Below the pieces are notes generated by a model, which was not told the origin of the DNA, made no database searches, and saw only the letters and a program-made list of their open reading frames with translations. The translations under genes and the position numbers were made by a program. 64,000 nucleotides of DNA from Macrostomum lignano (Eukaryota). Below are positions 26,131-39,564 of the stretch, piece after piece. How positions within the stretch are numbered: the stretch's first letter is position 1; every line of letters begins with the position of its first letter. The stretch spans positions 338,967-402,966 of the forward strand of contig NIVC01000952.1 of the NCBI GenBank assembly GCA_002269645.1. Reading direction: 5' to 3'.

Positions 26131-26994
26131 TGGACCAATGGCAAGGCGGTTCTCAGTCGATCAATCTATCAAATCAGTGAGCAAATTGCCAATAGTGCAA
26201 AATCGGCGCTAGAGATGTACTTTGTGCACTCTAGATTCGTTAAGCGGCTCGGGTAACGAATCATGCGGTCTCCGATGTTCGAGTTAGCCTATCATCAGCG
26301 CTACGAGAGGCTAGTTGGCGCGTTGAAGGCCAAAAGTACAATTCCTCGTATTTAGCAATGTAATAGTACATGTAGCTACCCCATAGTCTCGCCACTGCAA
26401 GAATCCCCTGCACAAGTCCCCTCTGTACCTGCATGGCCAATGCGATCAAGTCCCAGCAGTGTCCCTTAACATCGGCTATGACTTCGAGATTGACAGCAAA
26501 AAGACACTAGTTGGCAGGTAAGTGCGAAGCCCCTTCTAGTCGGAAGCCCGATTTCGAGAGTCCCGGTGGGTGAGCCAGGACGTACGGGCTGGTGGCAGCG
26601 AGTTAGCTAATCTGCGGATTAACTAATTTCTACCTTCAAAATTCTCCCTGCTTGTCTCTCGCTGTCCCTCTCTTAGCTATTGGACCTAGACTGCTCGCCA
26701 CACGATCAAGCTACCATGGGGCTGACAATCTGACAGGAGTGGGGGGCCAGGACTCTAATTGATTTATTTCTGAGACCTGAGGCCCGAAGGCTTCCCCACA
26801 AGGGGGCCGAAAGGTCGAAACCCATCAGAAACTACAATCCATTCGTTCACAAGCAATCTTTTACTACCTTAGTAGCCCTGCTGCAAGTAAAAAGACACCC
26901 ATGGATCATCTGCGAGCATGTTTACACAATAAGCCTTTCTGCAAACTAACAACCATACTGTCTCATTTCGTTTAAAAAATCATCCGGAGCCTTA

Positions 26995-27195
26995 CTTTAG
27001 GCTCCATTCTAGAGCCTTAAGTTGACATGAGATCCCTATTTTATCCCCTTTATCCCCTGGGCCCCCAAGCCAGGGCCTGGGATGAGATGTCTCGGCGATT
27101 CTAGTCGTCTGGGCCGACAAGTTACCGATTGCAGTTGGTTTGGTCCGGAGCTGAACTTTGGGCTCCATTCTGGTGCTTAAATTGACATCCCCTTT
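26995..27195 (-). repeat. Inverted copy of the 161-bp unit (TIR-like arm)
   Basis: Reverse complement aligns with 22860-23060. Confidence 0.85.
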
Positions 27196-29836
27196 ACCTA
27201 CTATGGAAATGTCTAAATGCGCGGAATTAGACTCACTGCACTGCGCATGCGCAGTCTTTGTTTCAGAGCCCAGTGGAATCGCTGGTAGTGGTATATTATT
27301 CAGCAGGTGAAGTGCGTGAAACTTGTATTTATCGATAAGGACACGGGAACTTGCAGTGTGAGTTAACAACGTATTACTCTTTCGGTTTAATTAAATGCAA
27401 AATGCTTTCTTGTAAATGTAGTGGTTTTCTCGTCCTGTAATTCTACTCCTGACTTCCTTGTTCCGCTCATCCTGAAACACAAGTTAAGTTTCATTACATT
27501 TTCCTAGAATAATACCATATAAACTACGGAAATCAGGATTGACTGATCAACTTGGCTATTTTTCAGCCAGTTTGTTGCTGAACTCTGTCGAGTGTGCAAT
27601 CAAGTTCGACAACACCAAGGACCACTGTAGTACATGCATAAAAGGACGTAAAACTCAGAGACGGTGTTTCCTGGACAAAACACTAGCGAAGATAAGAAGA
27701 AATGATTTTTTCGTTAGAAATGATTGATTGCATTTGATCTCCCATTCTTTTAATTTAGCATGTGCAGCATTATTAATCTGCGGTATTTTATAGATGTGTA
27801 GTGAAAGTCTCGACATAATTTTTTCGACTTCTCAAGCCCAAAGTTGAAAATATACTCGCGAGTGGCATTAGCTTAAATTTCTTGTTTTGTTCCTTCCTAT
27901 ATCAAATATATTTGTAATAAAAAATGTTGCATGCAGGTACTCTTAACCCATTATTGCAGGTAGTACAATTCAGTTTCAATGTATATTAGTTCTTACATAT
28001 GCTCGAACATGTACTTGTACATGCACAGTTAGTGCATACAACCTTGGGTTTATGAAATAAAAATAAAGCAATACGAAAATGAAACTTTCACTATGCAGCA
28101 ATTGTAAAATTTAACAGACTAAATTAAAAGAATGGCAGTCTTCGCTGCCCCTATCAAAGGCAAACATTAATTTTGTGATGAAATAAAACTTTTGTGACGA
28201 CGTCGTTACAATCTTAAATTTTTAGTTTCTATCTGAGTTTTTATTATGTACTCGTACATATTATTACTTAAAATTATTGTAGTTGATTAATTTGCCGGTT
28301 CCCCAGCTATTTATTTAATGTAATTTATTTAAGAAACAATATGCTTCAAGTTTTATTTATTTAAGTCCAAGTTATTATTACTTTTTTGATAGACATCTTA
28401 GGTTTAAATGAATCGGATTTCCCCGCCAATTTAAATGTTGCCTCGGGCTCGTTTTTGTACTCTCCTCTACGCGGCGTTTTGTCTCGTTTCCTGCGTGTCA
28501 ACACTACTAATAATTGAACTAGCTACTAACTAAGAAATAAATAAATAATTAATTAATTAAATAATTGCTGACTACATCTCGAACTCGCTACGTCATACTT
28601 TCCTATCTTAAATCGTAGTGTACATTTCCAGAAAATTCGCCTAAAAATTGGCTACACAATCTTTGAGTTAAATTACATGCACGTCCTGTGGTCCTTCGCA
28701 ACTGTGGTTCTTGGCACACACCTGACACTGGATAGTTTGGGTTACATGCAGTTGGGATTCGTTGAACTCTAGCTTGGAAATATACTCAGCAAAATTGAAA
28801 AGTCGCCACCCTTTGCCCCAGTGAGCAGTGTCTTTTGACCAGCGTCTATCACCTGGCCAAGCATTTTGATATTTAAAAAATGCTTGAAAAACAATGAAAA
28901 CCGGGAGGAAGCTTCAATCCATTCAATCTTCGCCCTCCGCTCTTTCCAATCCCTTGTCACCCAGCCGCAAGTTGCGTCACTCAAAAAGTCAATACTGAGC
29001 TAGAACTTCCTGCGCACTCTCAAAGGAGGCCACTTTTTAATGTTGTTGAGTATATTTTGAGGCTAATTCATTCACCAAACAATACCTCTGCGCCCCCGGG
29101 GAGCAACACTATATAAGCTATGGATTGCTGCAGCAACATGGCCTTGATTTGCAATAAACTTGGCAACATGCTAATCAAGACAATACACAATATTTACAGT
29201 GTGCGATAGTGCAGTACACAACTGCAATAAGTGTATACTGTCAAAATTTGATCAATATCAGAGCAGAGGGGGCTGGCTGGCTGTGCGCATTTCTTGTGTT
29301 TACGAGCGTCTGCTCGGTGTGCGTCTTATCAGGAGGGGCGGGTGCAGCGCTTCCCGCCTCCTCCCGGCCTGGCTGGGCCTTCGCGTGGCTTCTGCATGCG
29401 ACAGATGATAAGGGGTAGGGGCTGGCTGTACGGAGGTCATGGGGTGGCCGCTCTGGTCTGCCCCGTGAGGCATTCTCACAATCTCTACTCAACCACTGTG
29501 TCCTCCTGTCCCACCTGACTATAAAAGATTTGCAAACAATACGCTACCCCAACCCCTTGCCCTCACCCATGCATAGCCTAGCCTGCCCAACCCCAGAGCT
29601 CGGGTGAGCAAGCCCGATGGATCGGGGCAGAGGGAGGGTGAGGGCCAAATAAGAGGTTTGCTGCGTTCTTGCCCTGTACAGTGGGTGGAAACGACCAAGC
29701 CAGCTTTTCGAATGGAGCACGCACACACACCCTGGCAAATAGAAAAATGGACAAACGCACACAGCACTTCAGCTCCCACTTGTATTTAAGCTGGCTCTGA
29801 AAATAGAAAAAGCGACGCCAGTTACAGAGCCCAACA

Positions 29837-30106
29837 GACATTGGCACCGACTGACATTGGCACCAATTAACATTGGCACCGACTGACATTGGCACCAACA
29901 CCAACCGACATTGGCTTCGATTGACATTGGCACCGACTGACATTGGCTTCGATTGACATTGGCACCGACTGACATTGGCACCGATTAACATTGGCCCCGA
30001 CTGACATTGGCACCGGTAGACATTGGCACCGATTAACATTGGCACCGACTGACATTGGCACCGATTAACCTTGGCACCGACTGACATTGGCTTCGATTGA
30101 CATTGG
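29837..30106 (+). repeat. 16-bp VNTR (GACATTGGCACCGACT)n, ~17 units, ending 50 nt before the ATG of GT copy 1
   Basis: Directly visible. Confidence 0.95.
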
Positions 30107-30155
30107 ACGGGAGACGAGCAGGCGCGGTGTCTTCTACTAATGACTTAAATTCTTC

Positions 30156-31367
30156 ATGCTTTCTCACGTGCGCTCCCTGCCTCCCAGGAGGCTGATACCG
30201 CCCCTGCTGCTGCTCGTGATCGCCAGCCTGCTGCTCGGGCTGTATAATTTCGGCTCAAACAGCTGGCTTCAAGGCATCAAATTCCACGATATCATCCAGT
30301 TCGACCAGAGGCCTGCTCCGGATAGCTTTGTACCGCGGGCCACTATGCCAGCTAAGGCTAAGGGATCTGCACCTTTGCAAGGCCTCGACACGGAGGCTCT
30401 GCGGCGAAACTTCCCGAAGCTTAAAGAAGCCACAAAACGGCACAGTGGGCCGCACAAGGCCCGCTTGGACCAGATGATGATCAGCTACCTGCCGTTCATC
30501 AGCACCAGTGCGTGGATGCTACACAGTCCAAAGGGAAAGAAGTTTACCGTATCGGAAGTTCAAGCTATATCCAACTCCACAATTCAGCCTGGATTCCAGG
30601 TGCCAAACATTGCTCACTTTGTCATGCCGTTCGGCGAAACAAACCTGCAGTTCCACCACATGGTCAGCCTCCTCAGCTGTCTGCACATAATGAAGCCTCA
30701 CCGTCTGCTGCTGTGGTACGCTCCTGGCAAGCTGCCAAGCGGACATTGGTGGGACAGAGTCAGGAAGAATCTGACCGAGTCGGAGTGGGAAGAGAAGATC
30801 ATATTCGTGCAGAGACCGATTCCCACATCTGTGTACACGGTTCCAGTTCACGGAAAAGAGCACCAGTCAGATGTGATGAGGCTTGAAGCTGTGCTCGTAT
30901 TCGGAGGACTGTACATGGACATCGATGTCCTGGTTCTGAAACCGCTGGAGCCTCTTCGGAAATTCCCTTTCACTATCGGCAGGGAGGTTCCATACGGTCT
31001 GTGCAACGGCGTCTTCTTGTCCGCTCCTAGCGGGACGTTTCTGGCGATGTGGCACACGGCGTACCAGGTGTTTTTCGACGGTTCCTGGGTTGACCATTCG
31101 GTGTGGCTGCCAAACACCATGCAACCCATTTTCCCGGACCTGTGTCACGTGGAAGAGGAGAGCATGGACCGGCCGAACTGGACTCCAGAGGAGGTGAGCT
31201 GGATCTATGTAAAAGGACAGCAGAGCAGGTGGGATTGGCGCTCGAAGAACTACGTCATGCACCTGTGGTTCCGGAAATACGGCAAGCAGCACAACATGGA
31301 CAGCATCAAGACTTTGGACAGCATGTTCGGAGAAATGTGTCGTTTTATTCTTTTTGGGGTTTTTTAA
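30156..31367 (+). CDS. GT32-like DxD glycosyltransferase (A4GALT/A4GNT-like), type II membrane protein, copy 1, 403 aa, intronless
   Basis: Short cytosolic tail, TM (LIPPLLLLVIASLLLGLY), stem, then VPNIAHF, HQSDVMRLEAVLVFGGLYMDIDV, LCNGVF, W..HSV.LP, HLW. Confidence 0.9.
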   Translation: MLSHVRSLPPRRLIPPLLLLVIASLLLGLYNFGSNSWLQGIKFHDIIQFDQRPAPDSFVPRATMPAKAKGSAPLQGLDTEALRRNFPKLKEATKRHSGPHKARLDQMMISYLPFISTSAWMLHSPKGKKFTVSEVQAISNSTIQPGFQVPNIAHFVMPFGETNLQFHHMVSLLSCLHIMKPHRLLLWYAPGKLPSGHWWDRVRKNLTESEWEEKIIFVQRPIPTSVYTVPVHGKEHQSDVMRLEAVLVFGGLYMDIDVLVLKPLEPLRKFPFTIGREVPYGLCNGVFLSAPSGTFLAMWHTAYQVFFDGSWVDHSVWLPNTMQPIFPDLCHVEEESMDRPNWTPEEVSWIYVKGQQSRWDWRSKNYVMHLWFRKYGKQHNMDSIKTLDSMFGEMCRFILFGVF

Positions 31368-31924
31368 GCGCACGTTGGATGCTCGTATATCCTTTTACAT
31401 TTTCATGTAGCTCGTACGCGTAATGCCGCTAATTCCTTTGCTTTCTACGGTATAATTTCCGGTAGTAGCTGACCAATCTTCACAGCTTCGCCGCGACTCT
31501 GTCTTGCGAAGGCGAGATCAACTCAGTGGCTTTCCATTATCACACTGTGCTTGTTTCTGCGTTTTTACTTTTCCTTTGCTTTTTAGTGCCGCAGTTGTTA
31601 GCGTGCGTTTAAAAACATAAATATACTCCTGCATGTACATGTAGGTATTTTTTTGCTTTTCGCCAAAAATCCAGCGGAGCTGCATGGCATGTGTGAACTC
31701 AAGATAACTTCTATCAAAAGTGTTTTGGTCACTGGATTGATTAAAGATGCAAAGATTAAAGACCGACTGAGTAGTGTCAATGTCATCGATAGATAAGCTC
31801 ATCTACTGTGTCCTGCTACTTACAACACAATTTGCTGAATACTATACAGCTCGTAATAAAAAACAAAGATTTTCAACATTAAAAATGTAAACTCGCGCTC
31901 TTACCGATACCGAACCATACCGGC

Positions 31925-32900
31925 ACTGGCTCGGCACTTCTGCAAGAATTCAAGTTTTCAAATTGAAAGTGAGTTGCTTCGCATGTACTTTGGTTGGCTG
32001 GCTGGAAGGTCAGGGAAGAGAGACCCCACCCAAAACACGGAGAAACGTTTTTATTTGTACAATACTATCGATGCATTCTAAGAAAATTTAGCCAAACTTA
32101 AAGGTAGTTTAATCAGTCACTTCCGCCGCTCCGTTGTCCCCTGTACAGTCCACGAAAAGGTTCCAGTTGATTCGTCTGCCGTCGATTCGTTTTTGCACCT
32201 TCGCAAAGTTCTGCTGGCCCCCCTTAGGCTTTTCTCGCTGAAAGAAACTGATGCCCACGACCCACCCGATGAAGCGACGGCCAGCTGGTCTTGTATTTAC
32301 ATGTAATTACTGAAAACCGGAATAGGCGCCAGGTGGGAACTTCCAGTCCGACACGAACAAATTCGAACGAGACAGCTGCAACAGATGACATAATATTTTT
32401 TGCCTGTTCAATATTTTTTGGTATTTTTTCAGTGTTATGAGGGTTGTTTAACAATGTCCTCTTGGAAGAAATTTGAATTGGCTTGAAGTAATTTTAGCTA
32501 CGCTCGAATGCCCAACTTATAGTCACTGTGGCGCAGTCTGCTACACTATAATATTGGCTATGCTCATAAACCTACTACACGTATGACTAGTATTGGTTGC
32601 CAGACGATCTGCTTCTCCATTTCAACTGCTCAACATACGAACTGCCGGCAGACGAATTTAATAGCTCGTAGCACCCCTCCACGAAGCACTGAGTCATTTA
32701 GTTGGTTCATTAATTTAGTTTAGGCTAGCAATCAGTTTTCTATATCCTAACATGTCTGTTTTTCCATCGCGTTCTTTTTTTGAAAGCTCAATCTTCGGCT
32801 TGAGTAAAGCGAGTAGGCGTGGCGATGCCCGCAACTCATTTTCCTGCGCTTTTTGCGCAATGTTTTTAATAGTCATCGCATCGCGCTAGACATTAACGGT
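31925..32900. mobile_element. Dispersed repeat copy B (unexpanded relative of 14340-15780)
   Basis: Collinear shared blocks. Only about one degenerate unit of the 51-54-bp repeat (~32490-32570). Confidence 0.7.
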
Positions 32901-33067
32901 TTGCATGACTACGTAATGCGCATAAACTGCTGGGTTTTCAGAATTTTGACGCAAAAAACGCAAATTATACTACTATCTAAAAATGAAGTAAGTAGTATAT
33001 GAAAACGCTATCCTAAGCGTGATATACATGGCATACTTCAATATGTAATCGTATAAGTACATTTAAT

Positions 33068-33150
33068 CCATGTACTCGCATATGTACATTAACCTCATGT
33101 ACTCGCATATGTACATTAACCTCATGTACTCGCATATGTACATTAATCCC
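33068..33150. repeat. 27-bp tandem repeat (ATGTACTCGCATATGTACATTAACCTC) x3, decaying to ~33400
   Basis: Directly visible. Confidence 0.85.
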
Positions 33151-33799
33151 TATCTACCCCAAATTGTATATGTACATTGTCTACTTCTATGTCTACCCCC
33201 AATTCTATATGTACATGTCTACTTGTGCAGTGCATACTTCGATATGTACACTTGCGCATTAATCTACTTCTATGACAATTTCTATATGTACAGTGTATAC
33301 ATTAATCCCCAATCTACACGACAGCCTCCGCTCTGCGTATTTGAATCGTCAACCCCACAAGATTATATGTACAATTCCAACTCGAAACACTAATTGTTAC
33401 GTGTACAGCGCAGTATATGCAGAGGTGGGTCGGTGTGCACGCCAGCTGTACAATCTCATCTACTACTATTCGAATACCAAATGAGTCAACTAACCCCCAA
33501 ATTTTATTAAGCACGTCATATACATTGAATAATTTATTCGAAATCACTTATAAAATACATATGCATTCATATAGAGCCGGGTCCGTATGTACATTCTCTC
33601 TCCAAGCAATGAGGTGGGGATTGCGTCATCCAAGTCTCTCCCCAAGTCTGTCCCCTGAATACAAGACTGTGTTGAAGCAGTGCTTTATACTCGTACTTCT
33701 ATTGACAGTGGGTATGATACAAGACGCTTCGTCTCGCTTTAATTGGTAATTACAGTAAACCATCCCTCGAAGCTCCTTTACTGAATGTTGAATCACCTG

Positions 33800-34280
33800 A
33801 CCTCTCACCTCTCACCTGATATACTGAACTCTGACCATAGCCAAAATTCAACCCCAAGACTGTTCGAAAACAGCCACCCCTCGGATGTTCTCCAAACTCG
33901 TCTTCACAGCGCAGGATCGAGCAAATCGAGCTAAATTAACGCTCGTCCCTGTTCTCTCTGTCCTCCCTTCTAAAAGCCAAGGAATTTCGACCCCTCTCTC
34001 CATTTTCAGTGTTACAGACAGATCTTTCCACAGCACGGACCCTATATTAAACCTCATTCAGCAAAACCCCTCTTCTCCGATTACGTCATCCAGATATAGA
34101 AGCAGTTAGCAAGAAACCAACTTTTGATGCACACATCAACCCCACGAATCTGAGCAAATCCGAGTCCGCCAACCTCTACCTGCATTGACCCAATACCCCC
34201 TGCATCTGTCAATGTACACAGCCTATGAATCAGTGTCTCCACCGCATGCAATTCTGATATACTTGATTCTAACACTTTTG
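33800..34280 (-). pseudogene. Possible decayed non-LTR retrotransposon RT C-terminal fragment
   Basis: SMQVEVGGLGFAQIR resembles the GGLG(L/F) motif of L1/Tx1-type ORF2. No other motif found. Confidence 0.25.
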
Positions 34281-36835
34281 CATATTGTCTCTTACCCTTG
34301 TGTTCGTTATACTAGCTCGTAGAAGTAGTGAAGTCAACATATTTAAATATGCAATTCTACCTCTCCGCCACGCCTCTCCTGCACTTATTTACTTCAAGCT
34401 TTCAGACTTGGTCCTGAGATGGTTTAATCTGTTCGAAGCAGGAATGAAGCATGCACTGACCTCTCCATATACAAAGTCAAGTAGGAATTTCAAACAAGAA
34501 ATTTGGTTATTTTGAAAGCTTAATGACTAGAAATGAGCATTTTTTCATAAGAAAATACAATTTTGCACAGTTTTTAACGACTTTATTGATTAAAATCAGT
34601 AGTTTCATCACCAGAAAACATAGCTACTTTCAACAGCTAATTTGTCCAAATGTCGTTTTCAACTTGACCTTAGACAGCTTTGAAGCAAGAATGAATCCCA
34701 CACGAACATCCACAAGCCAGCCCAAAATCAACCAAAGACATGGCTATTGAAGCCTAAATTGCTAGAAATGCGCATTTTTTCATAGGAAAATACAATTTTT
34801 CACAGTTTTTACGCATTTTTTTACGTTAAAATGCAGACTTTATTGATCGAAATCAGTAATTCATCACTAAAAAACAAAAACACAAAAACACAAAATGCTC
34901 ATCGCTTACTCTCTGACTCTATTCCTGGTTCCACTCATCCTAAAACACAAGTACATGTAAGTTGAGTTTCATAATATTTTCCGTGGAATATCATGCCGTA
35001 TCAAATCATAGAAGATAACAGAAATCAGGAATGTCTGTGTTTCACTACCATCTTGCTTACTGTGCCACCAACTTGGCTATTTTTTCAGACAGACAAAAGT
35101 TTGTAGTTGCACTCAGTCCGGTGTGCAGTCAACTTACACTACAGCACACGTATACATTCTACAGCGGACAGGTTGCAAGCAGACCAAACGAATGCTGTTA
35201 TAACTCAAATAATTTGCGTTCGATTACGTCACATGTAAGAGTGAATATCGCGATCGCCCACCAAGAGACCGGTGCGCCCGCTTAGAAGACAGGGGCACCC
35301 ACCAAAGAACAGTTATACTGTTAGTCAAATGTCGGGAACCCGTACTTGGGAGGCCTGTATCTGGTATTTGCTAATTGTACATGTACATGCGCATGTGAGG
35401 AACTGGTCCCTGTCATCTGTCCGTGTACGCACCTGACATTATAGATAGTCTACTAGATTATATGGGATTCGTTTAACTAGCTTAATTCCCCTGACAATCT
35501 CTCTCTGCGCCCCCAGGAAGCAACGCAAGCGCAGGAAATATCTACGAGCGTCTGAGAATTTTTTTTCTGGAATTCTACTATCTTGTCAAATTTTGAGCTA
35601 AATATTGAGATACGGAAAAAGCCTCAGGCTTAAGTGCCTGAAATGCCTGCTCTTCCCGATAAGCTTATGGGTTGCTGCAGCAGCAGCATAACCTTGAATC
35701 GATTTGCAAAAAATTAGCAACACTTTGAGCATCCGTAGACAACAGCATTTTGTAATACTGCACAACGGCAATAAAATTTTCCTGTCAAAACTGGATCAAT
35801 ACCAGAGCAGAATGCATCATTGTTTGGACTATATTTTCTTATGAAATCGATTTATTAATTTTCAGTTTCAATGCTGGGAAAACCTGGAAAATGAAATTTA
35901 ACTTAGCGCGGATACCCTGCAATGGCGTTTGTTTATTTTTCAATTTGGTTTTGTAAAACATTTAAATAAACTGTTTCTGAAAAGCTTTTGACGTGTTACT
36001 GCTGAACGTCTTGAATAAATCGCACGAATAATTAAGCTTGTGCAGGAATGAAATCTTGCACGCGTGGTCAATCGACAATGGGGCTGACTGCTGTGCGCTT
36101 TTCCTGTGTTTATGCTCTGTGGGTGTCTATCAGGAGGGGCGGTTGCAGCGCTCCCCGCCTCCTCCCAGCCTGAGGCTTCGCTTCTGCACACAGATAATAA
36201 GGGGTCGGGGGGCTGGCTGCACGGAGGTCATGGGGTGGTGGCTGCCCCCCGGCACCCCCTGCCCCCCGTGTGGCATTGTCGATCACAATCTCATCTCAAC
36301 CACTGTGTTCTGTCCCACCAACTGACTGACTATACTCGTTAAAAATTGCAAACAATACGCGACTCCCAAACCCTCGGCCTCACCCGACGCAAAGCCTGCC
36401 CAACCCCGGAGCACCGGTGAGCAAGTCCGACGGATCGGGGCAGGCCAGAGTGAGGTTGAGGGGCAAATAGGAGGCTGCTGCGTGCTAAGCCTGTACAGTG
36501 GAGACGACTAAGCCAGTTTTTTGCATAGAGCACCTACGCCCTAAGAAAGTGTTCGAGCCAACATAAACATTCAGCGCAGCTTACATTTTAGCTGGCTCTG
36601 AGAATAGCGCACGGTATCCATGGTCGCGAACTATAGTGTTTCGGAATTAACACTCCACAACTAAAGCCCAGCTACACAAAAAGCTCGACCTTGGTTTGTT
36701 CTAAGTTTTTGATACTGTCTCTAATAGCTCACTACAGACCTGATACTCTAGAATTGCCGACGTTCGACTAGCAATAAAACTAGTTGACATTGGCACAGGA
36801 GACAAGCAGATGCGGCGACTCCTGCTACTGAATTA

Positions 36836-38036
36836 ATGCTTTCTCACGTGCGCTCCCTGCCTCCCAGGAGGCTGATACCGCCCCTGCTGCTGCTCGTGAT
36901 CGCCAGCCTGCTGCTCGGGCTGTATAATTTCGGCTCAAACAGCTGGCTTCAAGGTATCAAATACCACGATATCATCCAGTTCGACCAGAGGCCCGCTCCG
37001 GATAGCTTTGTACCGCGGGCCACTATGCCAGCTAAGGCTAAGGGATCTGCACCTTTGCAAGGCCTCGACACGGAGGCTCTGCGGCGAAACTTCCCGAAGC
37101 TTAAAGAAGCCACAAAACGGCACAGCGGGCCGCACAAGGCCCGCTTGGACCAGATGATGATCAGCTACCTGCCGTTCATCAGCACCAGTGCGTGGATGCT
37201 ACACAGTCCAAAGGGAAAGAAGTTTACCGTATCGGAAGTTCAAGCTATATCCAATTCTACAATTCAGCCTGGATTCCAGGTGCCAAACATTGCTCACTTT
37301 GTCATGCCGTTCGACGAAACCAACCTGCAGTTCCACCAGATGGTCAGCCTCCTCAGCTGTCTGCACATAATGAAGCCTCACCGTCTGCTGCTGTGGTACG
37401 CTCCTGGCAAGCTGCCAAGCGGACATTGGTGGGACAGAGTCAGGAAGAATCTGACCGAGTCGGAGTGGGAAGAGAAGATCATATTCGTGCAGAGACCGAT
37501 TCCTACATCCGTGTACACGGTTCCAGTTCACGGAAAAGAGCACCAGGCAGATATGATGAGAATGGAGGCTGTGCTCGTATTCGGAGGACTGTACATGGAC
37601 ATCGATGTCCTGGTTCTAAAACCGCTGGAGCCTCTTCGGAAATTCCCTTTCACTATCGGCAGGGAGTTTCCACAGGGCCTATGCAACGGCGTCTTCATGT
37701 CCGCTCCTAGCGGGACGTTTCTGGCGATGTGGCACACGGCGTACCAGGTGTTTTTCGGCGGTTCCTGGAATGTTGCTACCAAACACGATGCAACCCATTT
37801 TCCCGGACCTGTGTCACGTGGTAGAGGAAAGCATGGACCGGCCGAACTGGACTCCGGAGGAGGTGAGCTGGATCTATGTAAAAGGACAGCAGAGCAGGTG
37901 GGATTGGCGCTCGAAGAACTACGTCATGCACCTGTGGTTCCGGAAGTACGGCAAGCAGCACAACATGGACAGCATCAAGACTTTGGACAGCATGTTCGGA
38001 GAAATGTGTCGTTTTATTCTTTTTGGGGTTTTTTAA
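36836..38036 (+). pseudogene. GT32-like copy 2, frameshifted by a net 11-nt loss at ~37770
   Basis: Near-identical to copy 1, but GTTGACCATTCGGTGTGGCTG (21 nt) is replaced by AATGTTGCTA (10 nt). The native C-terminus continues in another frame (ORF 37770-38036). Confidence 0.85.
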
Positions 38037-39546
38037 GCGCACGTTGGATGCTCGTATATCCTTTTACATTTTCATGTAGCTCGTACGCGTAATGCCGCTA
38101 ATTCCTTTGCTTTCTACGGTATAATTTCCGGTAGTAGCTGACCAATCTTCACAGCTTCGCCGCGACTCTGTCTTGCGAAGGCGAGATCAACTCAGTGGCT
38201 TTCCATTATCACACTGTGCTTGTTTCTGCGTTTTTACTTTTCCTTTGCTTTTTAGTGCCGCAGTTGTTAGCGTGCGTTTAAAAACATAAATATACTCCTG
38301 CATGTACATGTAGGTATTTTTTGCTTTTCGCCAAAAATCCAGCGGAGCTGCATGGCATGTGTGAACTCAAGATAACTTCTATCAAAAGTGTTTTGGTCAC
38401 TGGATTGATTAAAGATGCAAAGATTAAAGACCGACTGAGACACGGAGTAGTCTCAATGTTATCGATAGATAAGCTCATCTACTGTGTCCTGCTACTTACA
38501 ACACAATTTGCTGAATACGATTGAACGAAGTTTCAACAGTAAACATGTAAGCACGCTCTCGTACCGATACCGATCCACACCAACGCCGAGAACTGCATGC
38601 ATGCACTGGATACTTAATCGCCTGCCCATGGGTCTCTTGGACCGGCCCTATACGTTCTTCAGTGTACAAGCGTATGCAGCGCGATTGACGAATGCAACTT
38701 GTCGGGTCGGGCGTTAACTCCGGCAAACTCGATATTTCTGGCCCCCTTAATTTCACCTGTAAATAGAGCTATTCACTTCAGACGCATTGGGACCTGAGGC
38801 TTGGAGTTTGGAGAAGGGGCCAACAACTGTCTTGATCTTATATCCTCTCTGATTGGCCGCTTGGATGTGCAGTTGCATGAAATGACAACGACTCAATTTT
38901 GGCTGCCACATACACATAAACTTATGAAGCTCCAGTTGTCAACAAATATTTTGAGTGCCGGTTGGAATCCGGACTGTCATGCATCCATGGTACTACTAAA
39001 CTAACGTGCATGTGCATTTAACATGCATGTTCATGTTTGCTGCCGAGTACAAAATAGCGATACCAATTCAATTCGTCCGTGCAAAACTCGAGGCCATTCT
39101 ACATACTCGGTGTCCCACATCTGGTAGCTCGCAAGTGACATGTGAGCTTGGTTAGGGTTTTGCCACCAGCTAGAAGACGATCTAAGCACATTGCTCTCCA
39201 GGATCAGTTGCCTTTGCTGGCCCTCATTGCCTTCCACAGGCGAGTTAAACCTTACTATGCTCCTACCCTTCCGTTTGATGCTCATGTGCAATCGTGTTCT
39301 TTTTCGCCCTCCTGCCCCGCCCCAACCCTTCCAGTCTGCCCCACCCCTCCAATCAATAATCAATGCGTACGCCACCTCGCACCACCACCCACCCCGTCTA
39401 CCATAAAAAGTGCACGGCGAACTGCATCGGCTACGGTGTGTAAGTTCGTGCTCGCGAGTTACTGTCCTTTTGGGGACCTGGGGGTCGCAGCTTCCCGACA
39501 GGTTAAAGCTGTAGGCGTCGCTTCGGAGGACAGGGCTCACAACAAC

Positions 39547-39564
39547 TGGTGCCGTGACCAGGAT
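39547..39564 (+). promoter_or_regulatory. Primer-binding site complementary to tRNA-His 3' end
   Basis: TGGTGCCGTGACCAGGAT, 2 nt after the LTR; close to the usual tRNA-His PBS TGGTGCCGTGACTCGGAT. Confidence 0.8.

Noticed and set aside
30255-31423. Antisense and alternate-frame ORFs over the GT copies (also over the LINE and Gypsy ORFs)
   Set aside because: Expected shadows of GC-rich coding sequence; recurrence only reflects paralogy.
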